DNA of 64,000 nucleotides from the human T2T-CHM13v2.0 reference genome, Homo sapiens: assembly GCF_009914755.1 (NCBI RefSeq), contig NC_060927.1; one strand, written 5' to 3'. The position numbers and the translations under genes are program-made. The notes beneath the pieces were generated by a model. That model was not told where the DNA came from. It saw nothing but the letters and a program-made list of their open reading frames with translations, and did not search any database. How positions within the stretch are numbered: the stretch's first letter is position 1; every line of letters starts with the position of its first letter. Below are positions 30,747 to 49,547 of this stretch, one piece after another.

Positions 30747-31775
30747 ATGAGGAGAAACCAGCGCAAAAAGGCTGAAAACTCCAAAAACTAGAACACCTCT
30801 TCTCCTTCAAAGGATTACAACTTTTCGCCAGCAAAGGAACAAAACTGGATGCAGGATGAGTTTGACGAATTGACAGAAGTAGGCTTCAGAAGGTGGGTAA
30901 TAACAAACTCCTCCGAGTTAAAGGAACATGTCCTAACCCAACTCAAGGAAGCTAAGAACCTTGAAAAAAGGTTAGACGAATTGCTAACTAGAATAATCAG
31001 TTTAGAGAAGAACATAAATGACCTGATGGAGCTGAAAAACACAGCACGAGAACTTCATGAAGCATACACAAGTATCAATAGCCGAATTGATCAAGCAGAA
31101 GAAAGGCTATCAGAGATTGAAGATCAATGCAATGAAATAAAGCAAGACGTCAAGATTAGAGAAAAAAGAGTGAAAAGAAATGAACAAAGCCTCCAAAAAA
31201 TATGGGACTATGTGAAAAGACCAAATCTATGTTTGATAGGATGAGTCACCTAAAAGAGACGGGGAGAGTGTTTCCCAACTTAGTTTCATTCTTCAGGATA
31301 TTATCCAGGAGAACTTCCCCAACCTAGCAAGGTAGGCCACATTCAAATTCAGGAAATACAGAGAACACCACAAAGATAGTCCTCAAGAAGAGCAACCCCA
31401 AGACACATAATCATCAGATTCACCAAGGTTGAAATGAAGGAAAAAATGTTAAGGGCAGCCAGAGAGAAATATCGGGTTACCCACAAAGGGAAGCGACTAA
31501 CAGTGAATCTCTTGGCAGAAACCCTACAAGCCAGAAGAGAGTGGGGGGCAGGGGGCAATATTCAACGTTCTTAAAGAAGAGAATTTCAACCCAGAATTTC
31601 ATATCCAACCAAACTAAGCTTCATAAGCGAAGGAGAAATAAAGTCCTTTACAGACAAGCAAATGCTGAGAGATTTTGTCCCCACCAGGCCTGCCTTACAA
31701 GAGCTCCTGAGGGAAGCACTCAACGTGGAAAGGAACAACCAGTACTAGCCACTTCAAAAACATACCAAATTGTAA
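30747..31775 (+). pseudogene. L1 ORF1p remnant
   Basis: ATG at 30747 with early stops; MQDEFDELTEVGFRRW...KIWDYVKRPNLCLIG. Confidence 0.9.
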
Positions 31776-31838
31776 AGACCATCGATGCTATGAAGAAACG
31801 GCATCAACTAACGGGCAAAATAACCAGCTAGCATCATA

Positions 31839-35601
<3,763 letters not shown>

Positions 35602-35797
35602 ACAATGAGAACACATGGGTGGGGAGGGGGGTCATCACACACTGGGGCCTGTCATGGGGTGGGGAGCTGGGGGAGGGGTAGCATTAGGAGAGATTCCCAA
35701 TGTAGATGACGGGTCAATGGGTACAGCAAGCCACCACGGCATGTGTGTACCTATGTAACAAACCTGCACGTTCTGCCCATGTACCCCAGAATTTAAA

Positions 35798-35802
<5 letters not shown>

Positions 35803-35832
<30 letters not shown>
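35803..35832. repeat. (TG)15 microsatellite at the L1 3' end
   Basis: Counted directly. Confidence 0.95.
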
Positions 35833-35836
<4 letters not shown>

Positions 35837-35929
35837 AAGGTTTGGGCAGGGTTATAGGAATCTAGAGGAAACTACAGAATCACCTTCACTGGATGCATGA
35901 AAAATGTAGTTCCATCCAACTGTTCTGTC

Positions 35930-36180
35930 ACAGTAGTTACAAGCATACACGAACTTTGGAGTCAGACTGATAAGGGATCCAATACCAGCTTTATCAGTTT
36001 CTATGGGTGTGATCTTTGGCAATTAAAAAAAAAAGCTATCTACATTTCAGTTTTCTCATCTATAAAATTAAAGATGATACTATCTCTAAAGGTTTTTGAG
36101 AGAACTAAATGAGAAAATGTAACTCAAATGGTAACAACATCTGACACAGTGCAAAAACAATAACTATTAAATCTAGTTAT
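35930..36180 (+). mobile_element. MIR SINE
   Basis: actttggagtcagact...cagttttctcatctataaaatt...gagaactaaatgaga. Confidence 0.7.
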
Positions 36181-36284
36181 CATCCCTTATTTTATTCCTA
36201 GTAGAGGTATTATAATGTGGGCCACCACAGAAACTTATTTTTGAGGATATTTGGCTGTAATAAAAAATCCCAAATAAAAGAAAA

Positions 36285-36622
36285 AAAATAACAAAATCAC
36301 ATACTTTGCAGCAACATGGCTGCAGCTGGAGGCTATTATCCTAGGCGAATTAATGCAGAAACAGAAAACCAAATAATATACTTCTCACTTATAAGTGGGA
36401 ACTAAACACTGGATACTCATGGACATGAAGATGGCAAAAATAGACACTGGGACTACTAGAAGGGGAAAAGGTTGAAAATCTAACTATTCGGTACTATTCT
36501 CACTACCTGGGTGAAGGAATCAATCGTACCCTAAACCCCACCATCACTATATATACTCATGTAACAAACCTGCACATGTATGCTCTGAATCTAAAATAAA
36601 AGTTAAAATTATTTTATTTAAA
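36285..36622 (+). mobile_element. L1 3'-end fragment (L1PA16/L1PB-like)
   Basis: tttgcagcaacatggctgcagctggaggc...aacaaacctgcacatgta...ctgaatctaaaataaaagtt. Confidence 0.85.
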
Positions 36623-37602
36623 ATAAGATATAAAAGTTCATATTTAGAATTAGAATTTACAATAAATTACATATATATAAAGTATGGTAGGTATTACAAA
36701 TAGTGCAAGTCAGGAAATCTTTCAATTCTAATTATTTGCTTACATGCCTCTAAATTAACTTTTTTGGGCTGCATTTTCTTTGGTTGCTTCATTCTGTCAC
36801 AAGTCTTACATTTTCAATAAAGAGAATAGAAAAATAATCAAGTCTTTCCTCTAGAATGATAGAGCAAAACTCATTTTTGAAATTGATGGCTTCGCAGTTT
36901 CTTTCAACTTCACTGTTTATTATTTGTAATCCTGTACATGGAGCTCCAGCTGCAGCTTCTTGCTGAGATGGCACTACTTTCAGGGGCAGACTTTCATATG
37001 TTTGCAGCCCCTTGATCTCAGTCTTCATATTCTTTGGAAGCTGCAATTTCTAGGTTGGCTAGGTCCTAGCTGCCACTGTGTCCTGTCCCACCATGGCTAC
37101 TAGTCCTAGGGGGATTAAGGGGATGGGAGGTGGTGGTGAAATGCCATGAAGTCTAGCATTGACTTCTGAGCAGGAAGCAGGGAAAAAATCTCATTTGTGC
37201 CTTTCTCCTTGGAGTCAAAGTCTGGATACTTCAAGAGGTCCCCTGGGACAAGGTTGTCACTTGGGCTGCGTGGATGTGAAGGTAGGACTGGCAGCCTCTC
37301 AACTCCACCTACGGATCTAAGACCACCACGAGGGCAGAGAGGGTGACCCTCAGTCTGAGGTTGATGGTTCTTTCCCATGTAGAGTTTATTTAGCAAATAA
37401 AAATGTAGGTTGCATTTGTTATTTGGGACCTACTTAAGTGAAAATGTTATTCATTGTTTATCTGAAATTCAAACTTAATTGAGCATCCTGTATTTTATTT
37501 GGCAACCTTATCACTGTGGCCCTACATGACAGCTTTGAAAAGGGTCCATGCAAGGAAGGGATCCTGAAGCTTAAGTTTCATTAGCATTGTAAATCTGTCC
37601 TG
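36623..37602 (-). mobile_element. Arthur1B/MER69B-like hAT element with transposase C-terminal remnant
   Basis: 37540-37602 is the reverse complement of the terminus at 20279; minus ORF 36789..37046 ends ERNCEAINFKNEFCSIILEERLDYFSILFIEN, resembling the hAT dimerisation domain. Confidence 0.7.
37385..37510. mobile_element. MER53-like hAT MITE nested in the Arthur1 element
   Basis: tttagcaaataaaaat...ttgtttatctgaaattcaaacttaattgagcatcctgtattttatttggcaacct. Confidence 0.65.
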
Positions 37603-38479
37603 ATTCTACTGTAAAGCTTAACCTCAGTTACTGTTAACCAAGGTTAACAATAAAATGTTCACCAAAAAAATGCCGAATCTAAAGTACCAGATTTGACTAG
37701 AGGCTAAAAAAGATTTTGTTTTCTCTTTACTTTTCCCCTTAAAGTTCATTTTGTTCAATTTGGCCCACTAATTTAATATGGGCCAATATTTTGAAGTCTT
37801 AATTCTGTAATACATCACATTAACTATGTGAACTACTTCTAGCATAATTTGATTCTTAAATTTGATATGCAGGTGATAAACCAGTCCTTTTAATATCAGA
37901 AAGACACAGGCAAATTACCTTGGCTGATGGGTATTGAAAGAACTATTATTCTAGGTCCTGTTGCTTTTAAAACAGCAGGCCCAATAAGAGTGAGATCCCC
38001 AAACTACAGAATTTAAGTTTGTTCTTTATTCGAGCATTTATTCTTTCCAATAACAATATTTGCTTGGGATGATTTGCAAGGATTTAATATGGGGGGACTG
38101 TGAGGGAAAAATTTTTGGGTAAGCCATCTCAAAGGCAATTTTTTTGCCTCCCTAAAGTTGGGCACATTAGTATTTGCTTTGATCTTGCATTGTTACTTTG
38201 GCCAATCAGTTGTGGCTAGAGCAGGAGTGTAGGATTTACTCAATACGTATAGCACTGAGTCATAGCAACATAGGTAGTAAAGAATCAGCTTGGGTTACTT
38301 TCTCTCAAAGGTAGACAGATGCTCAAAGATTTGTGACTTTCCCCTGAAGTCTGAAGAGAATAACAAGCTATTGATTTTTGTCAAAATTATAGAGAAATAT
38401 TGATGAGGTTGAGGCCGAGAAGAAAGAACTATAGCCTGTCACTAGGCAAGTCTGCACTCTGTAGATGGAGACAACATCA

Positions 38480-38980
38480 TTAAATCATTCAAAGCCAATT
38501 GTTCTACCATCTAGTTCATTTTTCCCCATCATGTACATGATGCTATGATGAAGCACTTGACTAATTAACCGAAATAGGGTTTATACTATGCCTTCTTCAT
38601 ACACCAGTTTAGCCACACTGTCAAAAACCAAGCAGTGAAGTTAGTCTGTAATGGCCTGTTATTGACAAAGGCATTCTAACTTTAGTCATCACTGTTTCCT
38701 CTTCTAAGTGTTCATGGACTCTTAAAAAAAATAATAATCTCTTCTAGGATTTTTGTCAAGCTCTCTGATCTGTAATTCAATAAATCTACCTTCTTTCCCT
38801 TCTAAAAATTGGAGCAACATTTTCCATCCTTCAGTCTCCTGGAACCTCTCCTGTTTTCCATGGTTTCCCAGTAATTACCCACAGTGGTTCAGTAATTATA
38901 GACATACGTTCTTTCTGTTCCCCAAGATGTAGTTTAGCTAGGCCAAAAGATTTGAAATCCTCAGAGCAGCTAGGATCCCT
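38480..38980 (-). mobile_element. CR1/L3 LINE fragment (RT region)
   Basis: gttagtctgtaatggcctgttattgacaaa and catccttcagtctcctggaacctctcctgttttccatg resemble reverse-strand L3. Confidence 0.55.
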
Positions 38981-40768
38981 CTCATGAGCCCTCCTGCTTC
39001 CTCAGTTTCAGATTCCTCTGACTATTACTCACTCCTCACTTTTCCTGGGTCTACGACTTGGCAGAGATCAAAATTGTGGGATTCTTAATAGTTGCCAAAC
39101 TTCACGTTTAGTTAAGGGTCTTCAGAAGGACCTACTAATTGTCAGATGCAGAGTCAAAGTCTCATTCTGCGACTTCACTGATAAACATATTTGATATTCT
39201 TAGAGGTTTCTTAGAATTGTGATGGGTCACTCCTGGGACCACCATAACACCAGAAACACAAAGCCCATAGAAGTTCATTATTGCCCACTCATTATTGCTT
39301 AATATATTTCTTTAATTATTAACTAAAAGCTTAAAAAGGCTGTTGCCCTTTTTATAACGAGAAGGACCTGGATTTTTTGTGGGTCTGTGCTTGTTTCATT
39401 TGGTTTTTAATTCTCTCTCACTTAAATAAGGACATTATAATGGTTTAAATGGTTAAATACCTCACTTCACAGCCAAGTAATAGTAGAAGAAACGTAAGAC
39501 CACAGCCTAAGTAGAATGAGAAATGTAAGTCTTCGGATTATTCATTGGAATATAAAAGTGAGAAAAAGGGTATCTAGTTCCAATATTTAAACGAACACAA
39601 TCACCAAGACTTTGATGCTGTTTTTCCATTAACACTGCTGACATCAGACCCCGAGCAGAATTTCCATAAAGAAATTCAATTTAAAATGTCCAGGACACAA
39701 TATTGCTTTAAGAAAATTACTCTTTCAACCCCCAAGTCTAGCGCAGTGTCTGGCATGTAGTAGTCACAGAACAATGTTGAGTTGAATTTACAAGCCCCAC
39801 ATAAAGAATGTAAGTTAAATCTTGGACCCTTAAAACCATTATAATTGTTTCACAGGCAGCAAGGGCTCAGGGAAAAAGAAAAGGTTTTAGAACAAAACAT
39901 GCATTGTGAGAACTGTTACTCCAGCAAACGAAAACACATCCCAATAACAATAATACTTCAGTTTCTGTGGGCATTTGAAGAGGCATGATAAAGAGCCAGC
40001 TTTTTTTCTTGCCTGTGTTTTTAAAAACACTGGAAGAGGAACAAAAATTTCTGGCAGATGGCGATCAAAATATCAGCTTCATTGCTGTTGGAAAGGGGCC
40101 TAGATTTTGGTAAGGCTAGACCTGCAAATACAGATCCCTAGAATTAGGGACTTACTTTAATCCTTGCTTTTTTCCAGCGGAGTCCACATGTTACACATGA
40201 CTACAGAAGAGTCACAAGTCACAGCAGTCCAGACAAACGCTCTGCTTCCCACGTGGAGGCTTGCTCTGTAACCCGAGAGAAGACCAGATGCAGACGTGAA
40301 CTTTCGCATAGCCGCTCTTAAGAGGAAGGGGAAGAGAGGAGCTAGCTATGACTGCCCTCTTCCTTCTTTTAAATTCATCAAATAGGCGAATTCACTCCAC
40401 CTGAGTGTTTGAGTGTTAAGGGCGGAACAAGAAACTGGTGCTTAGAAAAACCAGAGGAGTGGAGCATTGTTTCTACTTAAGGGTCTTTTAACACATCTTG
40501 GCTTAAAATATGTTTACATATTCATCTTCTTCCCAAACTCAGGATGGCAAGCAGAGTACATATTTTCCCTCTTTTTACAGTTAAGAAATGGAGATGCAGA
40601 AAAAAATGTGTCATAGTCACTTGAAACTCATTGTATCAATATGAATCTGTAATCCGACCACCCCCACCTCCAACACCCAGCTGGTTGTTCTCTCAATAGA
40701 TAGTGAAGAGTGATCCTTGATGATTATTCTTAGGCTGTAATCCTTTCACCCAGCATTATTTCAACAGC

Positions 40769-40811
<43 letters not shown>

Positions 40812-40902
40812 ATCTATCTGTATCTATCATCTATCTATCTGTCTATCTATCATCTCTGTGTGTGTCTGTCATTCGTCTGTCTGTTCATCCATCCATTCAT
40901 CT
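40769..40902. repeat. (ATCT)10 tetranucleotide STR with compound TCTG/TCCA tail
   Basis: Ten perfect ATCT units at 40769-40808, then degenerate units. Confidence 0.95.
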
Positions 40903-41139
40903 AAGAAACAAGAGGTGCAGGGAGGGAATTTGTAGTGAGAGGCTTCTGACAGAACTGGCCTTAGTCCGAGCCTAAGTAACCTAAATAAGTTTTTCATCCC
41001 CTTAGCTGGGCGTCAGTGGTGTCATTTTGTGGTGGGAAGTGAAAGAAGACTTTCTAAATCGATGAACAAATCAGAAGCCTATCCCTCAATTAATTGTCAT
41101 AAAGAAATCTCACCCATCACAACCAAATAACATAATTTA

Positions 41140-41785
41140 AATTTTTTAATAGAAGTATAAAATAAACACAGAAAAGCGTATATATCATAAGTGTACAGCT
41201 CAGTTAATTTTCAAAAATTGAACATGTGTAGCCAACACTAGATCGAAAAACAGAACATTACCATTTCTTCTGATCTATATTATTCTCTTCTGGTCACCCT
41301 CACCCAAGGGTAAGTTTACCTGAATTTCTAAGATAATACATTAATTTTGCCTGCATTGTACTTTTTATGAATGGAGTAATACAGTATGTACTCTGGTGTC
41401 CAGCTTCTTTTGCTTAACATTATTTTTTTGAGGAGTATCCATATTATTGTGTATATTTGCAGATCATTTATTCTCATTAGTGTGTTGTACTGCAGTGTGT
41501 AACTAAACCACAGTGTAGTTATCCATTCTACTTTTGATAGCCTGTGAGAAGTTGACAGTTTAGAGCTATTATAAATAGTAGTGATGTGAACATTCTTGTT
41601 CGTACCTCTGGTGCACATATATCTATGTACTTCTGTTGACTCTATGCCTACAGTGGTATTGCTGGGTCAGAGGGTATGTATTTGTTTGGCTTTTGTGGAT
41701 GTTAGCAGTTTTCCAAAGTGTTTACTAGTTTATACACCCACCAGCAGTGTACAAGAATTCCAGTTGCTTTACATCCTCACAAGCC
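41140..41785 (-). mobile_element. Old L1M (L1MB/MC/ME) 3'-end fragment
   Basis: aagtgtacagctcagttaatttt...ggtattgctgggtcagagggta...cccaccagcagtgtacaagaattccagttgct. Confidence 0.75.
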
Positions 41786-43634
41786 TAGTCCCCCACGAAA
41801 ATGCACACGAACCAATCCCTGCAATCTGTGAATATGATACCTTGCATGGCAAAAGGAACTTTCAGAGCCACAGTGGAGATCCACTAGTAATTTTGTTGCT
41901 CTCTGAGGATCTCCTCAGTTTTTCACTGTTGAACCCTGAACAACCATCTACATTTTAAGTGTGAAGGTTACAGAAGAAATTATTGGAACAACTGCAGAGG
42001 GGAGACATCAGAGGGAGTTCAGTTCCAGATAGTGGAAATCATGCTGAAGTTTGTATAGTGTGTATGGAACAAATGATTCCGTTTAAGGTTAAAAAAACAA
42101 ACCTTAAAATACCCTCAAAACCTCAGTAGTTTAATTAAGTTCATTACATCTGATGTGATTAGCAGTAAGATTCATAAACTATCAGTTTCTCCTACATCAG
42201 TCATGTTTTTGACTGTCCACAGTTATCTAAAACATATTTTACAAACTTCATGGCAGAAAGTCAGATGTGTCTGTTGAAGTAGAATGACTTTAAGACAGTA
42301 TATCTTTACATTATATGGGAGGCTAACAAAACAGTAAAATTTGTTATGATACAGAGCTGAGTCATGTCAAAAAAATCATATTTTAGAATTTGATGTCAGT
42401 GAGATTAGCTAGCACACTAAAGTTCTTTGTTTAATTTGCTAGGCCATAAATTCAGTTTTCTTATAGTCATATAGATGAGATTTAAACACATTACTGAGTA
42501 AACAAAGTACTTTTAGAGGTTTGCTCATGGTTGTATTTTAAAGTTGACACTACTCTTTTAGGAGGCTGATATTTCTAATTTTATATTGTCCTTTTTGATA
42601 AATTGGCTTCTCTCTCTCTGCATATGTTTTAGTTTTTTCTTTGTAGTATCTCTATTTTTTATTATTTCATCTTACTAATACCTCCTCATGTCTTATGAAA
42701 TTCATCATCTTTTCCTCCTTCTCTCGAGGACATACAGAAGTACAATACATAAATACATATACATACATATGTGTGGATGAGTGGATAGATAGATGTATGT
42801 CTGGGGCCCAAGCTAGACCAATCAGCTGTGGAGAAAATGGGGGTCAAAGCAAGCTAAGCATGGCCACTTGTAACTCTCCCTTAAGAAAAGCAACTTTCCT
42901 TAGAAAGGATTGTGTATGCGGCAGGTAGCATGACCAATGTTCTTAACACATTCTTTGGCTTCATTTTAATCTCTTTTCCTGAGTTGTTCCTTAAATTACT
43001 GTTGCTTTCACACCCAACTCCCTTCTCCTCTCATTCACGCTTAAAAATTTCCCAGGTGATCTTATTTATTCAGTGGCTTTTACAGCACTTGCTTTATCTC
43101 CAGCCCAAATGACTTTCAGGTACTCCAGGTTCTGGCTATCACACAGGCACTAAACTCAAAACATTTCAAAATAAATCCATTATTTTATATATCCAGGCTG
43201 CAAATGCTTTTCTTCCTGTATATCTTATGTCAGAACCATAAATGCATATAAATACTCATTTTCTTTATATATAATATTGGACATAATATAAGACACATAT
43301 AGTAATTTTTTACTGTATTTTCTCACTATAACGAAAATCTCCCTTACTTTAACATAAGTAGAATTCATTCATAAGGATATTTTAAAGTAAGACAATACAC
43401 AGAAGTATATAGGGATAAGCAAGTCTTCCTCTCATTTCTGACCTCTGTATTCTAGTCCTCTTCCTCACAGGCATCGACTCTTCTCAACATCAGCTACATC
43501 CTTGCAGGGATACCCTTTGTATAAATATATATGCATGTGTATTTTTCTTAAAATTTATATTCTGCTGTGGATACATTTCTTTCCTTGTTTTTCCACTAAC
43601 AGTATAACTTGAATACTTACTATAAAAACAAAAT

Positions 43635-43682
43635 AAATGTTTTTAGTAAGAAATGTTTATAGTAAGAAATGTTTATAGTAAG
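43635..43682. repeat. 16-bp tandem repeat x3 (aaatgtttatagtaag)
   Basis: Three adjacent units, one mismatch in the first. Confidence 0.9.
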
Positions 43683-44196
43683 AATTTACATAAGGAAAAC
43701 TTCTTATAGTTTCTGATTTGGGTTCTTAAAACTAACTATACTGTAATCCTGTTAGATTACGTCCTTTCAAGGAGGGAATGCTTAAAGTTACTGTTGATGA
43801 TTGTAATTTGTTTTATATACTTTTGTCTTGTTAAAATCACATGTTTTTATTAAAGGTATTTTTGTACTTTCCTCACCTGCTGTCTAGAGGCCACACAATT
43901 TTAGCTTTTTTTCTGACATTGCCACTGTATTTCAAAACAATGTGCTCATCTTTAAAAATGTGCTTTATCTTCACCAATTCTAGACATCGTCTATTGATAT
44001 TTTTGTTCAAAAATGATTCAGCTCATTTATAAAATCTCTCCTACTAATTCCCCTAGTCAATTTTTCAATATAATTATATCAGAATTTTGGTTTAATTAAG
44101 GCTAAATTTTACATTATGAATATTTGTAAGAATTCTCTCCGTAGTCAAGGAGACTAAGTCCATGATTATCATTTGGGTTTTCCTGCAGTAAATAAG

Positions 44197-44826
44197 TATT
44201 AGGTTCAGGGGTCTGGGTCCAGCCTATGCTGCCGTCCAAGGGGAGGAGTGGGTCGATGGGCAGAAAGATCACTCGGGGGCCATAGGCAGGTGAAATGCAG
44301 TTTTATTCAGCAGCTTTTTCATCAGCAGCTTACCCACATTAGCTCTCTTACACTGTCCACCTTTATCTTGGATGTCTGCTCCAGCTCTGTGGCTTCTACT
44401 ACCCCCACACCTGCAGCTGCACAGCTGGCTCTCCCTTGCCTTCAGGGTCAGCAGCTTAACTCTTTCTCTCTCTGGGCAAGAGCACGAGCAGTGTTGTGCC
44501 ATGCCGTGCCATGCCAAGCTGTGTCCTGCCTCCCCTCTGTTCACCTGCAAGATGAACAGCTTTGCTTGCTCTCTCTCTTTCTCTGGGTACCAATGCCTGA
44601 ACAAAAGCCATGACCAGTCGAGCTGAGCCAAGCCCCTGTGCACAGTGTCAGCAGGGCAATTACACCTTTTACAGACAATAGTGGCTCAGAGCCAAGTATG
44701 AACTTACACAAATAGGTTATATAACAAGTGGAGGTGTGCGTCTGCCTGCCAAACTTGCTGAGTCATGCAGGCCTGGATATCTGCCTTGGCCTATTCCTTG
44801 ATCAAAGCATATCCATGTACCTTACA
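44197..44826 (-). mobile_element. LTR18 (LTR18B-like, ERVL) solo LTR
   Basis: Ends ccatgtaccttaca, the reverse complement of TGTAAGGTACATGG; perfect 5-bp TSD ataag (44192-44196 / 44827-44831). Confidence 0.85.
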
Positions 44827-44854
44827 ATAAGTATCTGTTTAGTTTTCTATGTAG

Positions 44855-46850
<1,996 letters not shown>

Positions 46851-46903
46851 ATCAGGAAGAAGCAAAAGGGTGCTGAAGGGTAACTGGTTAGGAATCTGTA
46901 GTG

Positions 46904-47107
46904 CAGGGGTTAACAAATTACTGCTCCCTATCCAAATGTTGCTCGCAGCAGATGAGCTTAGCCTGGTTTTTACATTTTTAAAGGGTTGTAAAACAAAACA
47001 AATCAAAACAAAACATTAGATTAGAGATCATATGTGGCCACAAAAAAAAAAAAAAGCCTAGCATAATTGTTACCTAGCTCTGTACAGAAAGATATTGCTG
47101 AACCCAG
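46904..47107. mobile_element. MER58A hAT-Charlie MITE
   Basis: caggggttaacaaa...ttgctgaacccag termini; 8-bp flanks ctgtagtg/ctttagtg. Confidence 0.75.
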
Positions 47108-47344
47108 CTTTAGTGCAGTGGTTCTCAACCTGGGAGCATCAAAAACAGATCTATGACCAGGTCTCACTCTGGACCATTAAGCAAAAATCTCTGTTGGCAA
47201 GGCTCAGGGGGTGATATTAGCATGCAGCGAGACTATTATGAAAACCCTCTCCTACCAAAATACAGCATTATCTACACCACCAAGATACCACCACCATCCC
47301 ACCAACAAGAGCAACTGATAAATTTCTATGCTTGTTATTTACTA

Positions 47345-47631
47345 TTTATGTTTATTTACTTTTTGAGACAGGGTTTTGCTCTGTTGCCTTGGCTTCAGTG
47401 CAGTGGTGTAATTATGGCTCACCATAGCCTTGACCCTCAGGGCTCAAGCGATCCTCCCACCTCAGCCTCCTGGGTAGCTGGGAGTACAGGTGTCCACAAC
47501 CATGCCTGGCTAATTTTTTTTTTTTTTTAATATTTAGTCGAGATAAAGCCTCAGTATGTCGCCCAGCCTGGTCTCAAACTCCTGAGCTCAAATCCCTCCT
47601 TGGCTTCCCAAAGTAAGCCATCATGCCTGGC
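47345..47631 (-). mobile_element. Alu (AluJ-like, internally deleted)
   Basis: Diverged dimer on the minus strand. Confidence 0.85.
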
Positions 47632-47778
47632 GTATGTTTATTTTTGGCAACATTATATACACATAAATTGCTTGTACAAGCCTGATGATTAAAGTCAAAG
47701 TCCTCTGTGTCCCTCTTCCCCATTCTATAAGTATAGCCTCTTTACATTTTTTAAATTAATTCTTTTCTCCATATTTCT

Positions 47779-48071
47779 TTTTTTTGAGACGAAGTTTTTG
47801 CTCTTGTTGCCCAGGCTGAAGCGCAATGGTGCAATCTCGGCTCATTGCAACCTCCGCCTCCCGGGTTCAAGCAATTATCCTGCCTCAGCCTCCTGAGTAG
47901 CTGGTATTACAGGCAACTGCCACCACGCCCGGCTAATTTTTATATAATTAGTAGAGATGGGGTTTCACCATGTGGACCAGGCTGGTCTTGAACTTCTGAC
48001 CTCCGGCGATCCACCCCCCCCTTGGCCTCCCAAAGTGCTGGGATTACAGGCGTGAACCACCGTGCCCGGCC
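47779..48071 (-). mobile_element. Alu (AluSq/Sp-like)
   Basis: gctcttgttgcccagg and gcaatgg diagnostics; perfect 18-bp TSD tcttttctccatatttct (47761-47778 / 48072-48089). Confidence 0.95.
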
Positions 48072-48404
48072 TCTTTTCTCCATATTTCTAAATAATATGT
48101 TTATATTGCTTCTTCAGGATTTTTCAGTTTTAGACATTTTCTATTAACTTTCTACCATGAAAAATAAGGATTTAGTTCCCTTTCACAACCACACCGTCCC
48201 ACACACATGCAAGCTTCCAAGATCCACTCCATCCTTTTTAATAGTTTTCATTAGAACAATATTCATTTTGTTAAATATGTTCATCAGTATGTAAATGCTT
48301 TTCACAGCTGAGCAATGCCATAGCCAGTGATTATGTTCTTGCACAATTATGTTCTTCCTGAAGTTAGTAATTAATCTTACTTTTGACTCCTCTCCTTAGT
48401 TTTC

Positions 48405-48418
48405 CATATATTATATAA

Positions 48419-48458
<40 letters not shown>
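48405..48458. repeat. (TA)n(CA)n microsatellite
   Basis: Visible directly. Confidence 0.9.
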
Positions 48459-48461
<3 letters not shown>

Positions 48462-48942
48462 ATTCAAAACTAAACTGTTGCCAATTGTCTAGGTCTTCTC
48501 TCAGTATAGACATCATGTATTCTATTAATATCATGTTTGTGAAACAGCTTCTCCTAGAGCCTGGACTGGAGGCTTACTGTACCTGGTGCATATTTGTCAT
48601 TGGACTCTGGTTTTCCTCTTTCAGAGATGTTCTTTGCCTCTGGGTTGTATGGAGTACTCTGGTTTCTAGAGCCCAGATATTCTTCTTTCTTGGTTTAAGT
48701 CTTCATCTTGGAGCAAATCCATCAGTAACTTTATGAGAAAGAGTGCATGGGAGACAAATGCTCCTGATATTGCATGTCTGAAAATGTAAAGAATCCGCCG
48801 GCATGTTATTTACAGTTAGCTTGCAAATGGAATTCTAGGTTTAAATGTATTTTCCTTCATATTTTAATGGCATCAATCCCTCACTATACAACTTCCAGTT
48901 TTACTGTTTGAGCAACCTGAAGTCATTCTAGTTTTATATGTT

Positions 48943-49547
48943 TGTGGTGTGGAAGATTGTATTTCCAAAAATGGTTGCAAAATATCTTTGTCTCACATGC
49001 TTTTCTACAATGTGACCTTTCTACTCTCCCATTGAGATGTGTGTACCTTCCCTTTGAATCTGCATGGCCAGTAATTTGCTTATATCCAACACATTATAGT
49101 GGAAGTGATGTTGGGGTAATTTCGAGGCTAGTTTAAAAGAAGCAGTATGCCTTTTGCCTTGTTCATGGGGACACTTGTTTGCGGAACCCTAAGTGGCAAT
49201 ATAAGAAGTCTGACTACCCTAAACATTATGCTCTAAGGAAACCCATGGCAAATAGAGAGGCCTCATGGGGTTCCTCTGTCAACAGCCCCAGCTAAGGTTC
49301 AAGCTGACAGCCAGCATCAAATGCTAAATATATGAGTGAATGAGACTTCAGATGATTTAAGCCATCTGTCCGTCATCTCTAGTTGTCTTCCCAGCTGAAG
49401 TCACAGACATTGTGGAGAAGAGATAAGCCATTCCTACTGCGCTCTGCCTAAATTACTGACCCACAAAACCCAAGAGCATAATAAAATTGTTGTTTTAACC
49501 CACTAAGTGTTGGGAGAATTTGTTGCATGACACTAATGACTGGAACA
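48943..49547 (+). mobile_element. MLT1 (F/G/H-like) MaLR LTR
   Basis: tgtgg..agattgtatttccaaaaatgg...ttgttttaacccactaagt...actggaaca. Confidence 0.75.

Noticed and set aside
41965-42129. Frame containing EVCIVCMEQM, resembling the start of a RING finger
   Set aside because: No further Cys/His ligands, stops on both sides and weak splice signals; probably chance
43635-43682. Short direct repeats as a CRISPR-like array
   Set aside because: Adjacent 16-bp units without spacers in mammalian DNA; simple slippage repeat
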